This document shows positions 60,900 through 64,000 of a DNA stretch of 64,000 nucleotides, one piece after another. The stretch covers positions 1 to 64,000 of the forward strand of contig CAVWLW010000044.1 of assembly GCA_963755715.1 (NCBI GenBank). Direction: 5' to 3'. Within the stretch, counting starts at the first letter, position 1. Every line of letters begins with the position of its first letter. This DNA is from an uncultured delta proteobacterium (GTDB lineage: Bacteria > Desulfobacterota > Binatia > UBA9968). The position numbers and the translations under genes were made by a program. The notes beneath the pieces are model-generated. The model was not told the DNA's origin. It ran no database searches and worked only from the letters and a program-made list of their open reading frames with translations.

Positions 60900-62384
60900 T
60901 TAGGGTAAATTCGTATCGTTCATCAGATAACGGTCGCACTCGCGCGCCGCGCCGCGACCTTCATTGATCGCCCAAACTACCAAGCTTTGGCCGCGTCGGC
61001 AGTCGCCGGCGGCGAAGACTTTTGGCACACTTGTCACAAAATGGCCGTACTCCGCCTTGGCATTGGAGCGAGGATCCCGCTCGACGCCGAGCTCGGTTAG
61101 TACCGCATCCTCCGGTCCCAAAAATCCCATCGCGAGCAATACCAGTTCGGCTTGCAAGACCTTATCTGAATTCGGCACGCGCTTTGGAATGAAGGCGCCC
61201 TGCTCGTTTCGCGCCCATTCCACGTCGTAGATGTGCAATTCTTGGACGTTGCCATTTTTATCGCCGACAAATTTCTCGCCCGTGGTCAAATAGATACGCG
61301 GGTCAGCGCCGAAACGCGCCGCCGCTTCTTCTTGACCATAATCGAGCTTGTAAACCTTCGGCCATTCCGGCCACGGATTATCGGCTTGCCGCGAGTCCGG
61401 CGGACGGGGCAAGATCTCGAGTTGGGTCAAGCTTCGGCAACCGTGCCGCATTGCCGTGCCGACACAGTCGGTTCCCGTGTCGCCGCCACCGACCACGATC
61501 ACGTGCTTGTCTTTAGCAGAAATGAAGTTGCCGTCCCGATGTTGCGAGTCGAGCAAGCTCTTGGTATTGGCGTGGAGAAACTCCATCGCCATGTAAACGC
61601 CCTTGAGCTCGCGCCCGGGGATAGGTAAATCCCGCGCCTTGGTCGCGCCCGTACAAATTACCACCGCATCAAAATCATCTTTCAGTTTTGCCGCCGGCAG
61701 ATCCACGCCGATGTGGGTATTGGTGATGAACTCGATGCCCTCTGCCGCCATCACATCGATGCGCCGCTGCACGATCGTCTTATCGAGCTTCATGTTAGGG
61801 ATGCCGTAGGTGAGTAGACCGCCGATACGGTCGGCGCGTTCGTAGACGGTGACCAAATGACCCGCCCGATTAAGCTGGTCCGCGCACGCCAACCCTGAGG
61901 GTCCCGAGCCGATGACAGCGACCTTTTTTCCAGTGCGCTTGGCGGGCGGCTCAGGATTAACCCATCCTTGCGCGAAGCCGTTGTCGATGATCGCGCACTC
62001 GATGTTTTTGATCGTAACCGGTAGCTCGTTTAAACCGAGTACGCATGAGCCTTCGCAAGGCGCCGGACAGACCCGGCCGGTGAATTCCGGAAAGTTGTTG
62101 GTCTTATGCAAGCGCTCGAGCGCTTCTTTCCAAAGTCCGCGATAGACGAGATCGTTCCATTCGGGAATCAAGTTATTAACCGGACAACCGGAAGCCATGC
62201 CGCTGATCAATTGGCCGGTATGGCAAAATGGGATACCGCAATCCATACAGCGCGCGCCCTGGTCGCGCAGCTTGTCTTGCGAGAAATGCTCGTGAAACTC
62301 GTTCCAGTCTTTCACCCGCTCTAAGGGCGAGCGGTCCTGCGGCAACTCCCGCTCATATTCCATGAAGCCAGTCGGTTTACCCAT
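60900..62384 (-). CDS. gltD: Glutamate synthase small subunit
   Basis: [52 protein letters not shown]. Confidence 0.96.
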   Translation of the reverse strand: MGKPTGFMEYERELPQDRSPLERVKDWNEFHEHFSQDKLRDQGARCMDCGIPFCHTGQLISGMASGCPVNNLIPEWNDLVYRGLWKEALERLHKTNNFPEFTGRVCPAPCEGSCVLGLNELPVTIKNIECAIIDNGFAQGWVNPEPPAKRTGKKVAVIGSGPSGLACADQLNRAGHLVTVYERADRIGGLLTYGIPNMKLDKTIVQRRIDVMAAEGIEFITNTHIGVDLPAAKLKDDFDAVVICTGATKARDLPIPGRELKGVYMAMEFLHANTKSLLDSQHRDGNFISAKDKHVIVVGGGDTGTDCVGTAMRHGCRSLTQLEILPRPPDSRQADNPWPEWPKVYKLDYGQEEAAARFGADPRIYLTTGEKFVGDKNGNVQELHIYDVEWARNEQGAFIPKRVPNSDKVLQAELVLLAMGFLGPEDAVLTELGVERDPRSNAKAEYGHFVTSVPKVFAAGDCRRGQSLVVWAINEGRGAARECDRYLMNDTNLP

Positions 62385-62446
62385 CTCTTGACCTTTTCTC
62401 AGCAATACGATCCATCCACTCGGCACGCCGCGCGAAAATTTCCACC

Positions 62447-62510
62447 TTTTCAGTTCTGAATTTTTGATTTTGAGCCGAGTTGAGCTAACTCAAAACAAGA
62501 AACTCAAACT
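62447..62510. repeat. Heptamer tandem/inverted element between gltB and gltD
   Basis: ttctgaa-tttttga-ttttgag...actcaaa-acaagaa-actcaaa. Confidence 0.5.
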
Positions 62511-62544
62511 TGTAGTAAATGACCTGTGTAGCGGCACTCGAAAC

Positions 62545-64000
62545 TCAGTTGCCGCTGACCCGCGCGGCATCGTTCTTGTTGGCTTCGAACGCAGCCATCA
62601 ACGCCTCGTCGCCAACTAAACCTTTCGCCTCCGCTTCTTCCAACGCCTCGAGCACGCGCTGATAATCTCGCGGCATAACCTTGACGAACTTGAGTGCGGT
62701 TTCCTGCCAGAGCGCCAGGAGCTGCCAAGCGCGCGCACTGCGGGTGTAGACCGCATGGCGCTTGAGCATTTCCTCGACTTCCTGCAAATCGCGTTCAACT
62801 AACCGCTCGAGTGACACGTTTTCAAAGTTGCAGCGGTTCTTAAACGTCCCGTCTTCATCCAGTACATAAGCGATGCCGCCGGACATGCCCGCTGCGAAGT
62901 TGCGGCCGGCTTTACCGATCACGACCACCCGCCCGCCGGTCATGTATTCGCAGGCGTGATCGCCAACCCCTTCGACTACCGCTCGCACGCCACTGTTACG
63001 CACGCAGAAACGTTCGCCCGCCATACCGCGAATATACGCCTCGCCGTTGGTCGCGCCGTAAAATGCAACATTACCGACGATGATGTTTTCTTCCGGCACG
63101 AAAGTCGATCCTTCGGGCGGATACAAAATAACTTTGCCGCCGGAAAGTCCCTTGCCGAAATAATCGTTGGCGTCGCCTTCGAGCTCCAGCGTTACCCCGG
63201 GCGGAATGAAGGCGGCGAAGCTTTGCCCCGCCGAGCCCTGGAAGTGAAAATGAATCGTATCTTCGGGCAAGCCTTGTGGACCGAAACGGCGCGTGACCTC
63301 GCTGCCAAGGATCGTCCCGACAACGCGGTTGGTGTTGCGGATATCCAGTTTGGCCTTCACTTTTTCTCTGCGTTCCAGAGCGGGCGAAGCAAGGTCCAAC
63401 AGCACTTGGTTATCGAGGGCGTTTTCCAAACCGTGATTCTGCGGGATTTGGCAATAACGTCCGACCTCGGGACCAGCCTTTGGCTGGTAGAGAATCGCTG
63501 AGTAGTCTAGCCCCTTCGCCTTCAAGTGTTCCACGGTGCGGCGCATCTCGATCCGGTCCGAGCGGCCGACCATTTCGTTGATCGTGCGAAAGCCCAACTC
63601 AGCCATATGCTCGCGCATTTCCTGCGCGATGAAGCGCATGAAGTTCACCACGTGGGCGGGATCGCCGGCAAATTTTTCGCGCAGCTCAGGGTTTTGCGTA
63701 GCCACGCCGACCGGGCAAGTGTCGAGATGACAAACCCGCATCATGATGCAGCCGAGAGTCACTAATGCCGTCGTCGCAAAACCGAATTCTTCCGCGCCGA
63801 GCAAGGCTGCAATCACCACATCCCGCCCAGTCTTGAGCTGGCCGTCGGTTTCCACGGCAATTCGGCTGCGCAGATTATTGAGCACGAGCGTCTGATGCGT
63901 TTCCGCTAAGCCGAGCTCCCAGGGCAATCCGGCGTGTTTGATGCTTGTTTGCGGGGACGCGCCAGTGCCGCCGTCATGACCGCTGATCAGCACCACGTCG
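62545..64000 (-). CDS. gltB: Glutamate synthase large subunit, 3' part (runs off the window)
   Basis: [32 protein letters not shown]-domain [23 protein letters not shown]. Confidence 0.96.
   Translation of the reverse strand, partial: DVVLISGHDGGTGASPQTSIKHAGLPWELGLAETHQTLVLNNLRSRIAVETDGQLKTGRDVVIAALLGAEEFGFATTALVTLGCIMMRVCHLDTCPVGVATQNPELREKFAGDPAHVVNFMRFIAQEMREHMAELGFRTINEMVGRSDRIEMRRTVEHLKAKGLDYSAILYQPKAGPEVGRYCQIPQNHGLENALDNQVLLDLASPALERREKVKAKLDIRNTNRVVGTILGSEVTRRFGPQGLPEDTIHFHFQGSAGQSFAAFIPPGVTLELEGDANDYFGKGLSGGKVILYPPEGSTFVPEENIIVGNVAFYGATNGEAYIRGMAGERFCVRNSGVRAVVEGVGDHACEYMTGGRVVVIGKAGRNFAAGMSGGIAYVLDEDGTFKNRCNFENVSLERLVERDLQEVEEMLKRHAVYTRSARAWQLLALWQETALKFVKVMPRDYQRVLEALEEAEAKGLVGDEALMAAFEANKNDAARVSGN

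Overview
GC-rich bacterial chromosome segment with about 55 genes. I saw no rRNA, tRNA, CRISPR array or transposase. The gene content (many stand-alone NMT1/SsuA-type solute-binding proteins and amidohydrolases) resembles Candidatus Binatia/'Deltaproteobacteria' genomes; that assignment is an inference. In order: a GH84 O-GlcNAcase-like gene directly upstream of selenoneine genes senA-senB; an AmpG-like permease; an arsR-arsC-aquaglyceroporin operon; a putative phosphate-starvation block (NPP phosphodiesterase, PhoX/DUF839-like gene, 11-bp-phased boxes, and an apparently split, degenerate histidine kinase around a USP); a long catabolic and transport region; PBP1A; a sigma54 promoter plus c-di-GMP-I riboswitch ahead of an unknown protein; and gltD with the 3' part of gltB. 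About 15 genes are broken by single-base indels, mostly extra bases in homopolymers. This looks like uncorrected long-read error, so those genes are reported as joined. Best leads: (1) GH84-senA-senB, (2) the sigma54/c-di-GMP-riboswitch-controlled unknown gene, (3) the split pseudo-histidine kinase behind Pho-like boxes, (4) a hidden Cys-Cys micro-ORF in the ars operon.
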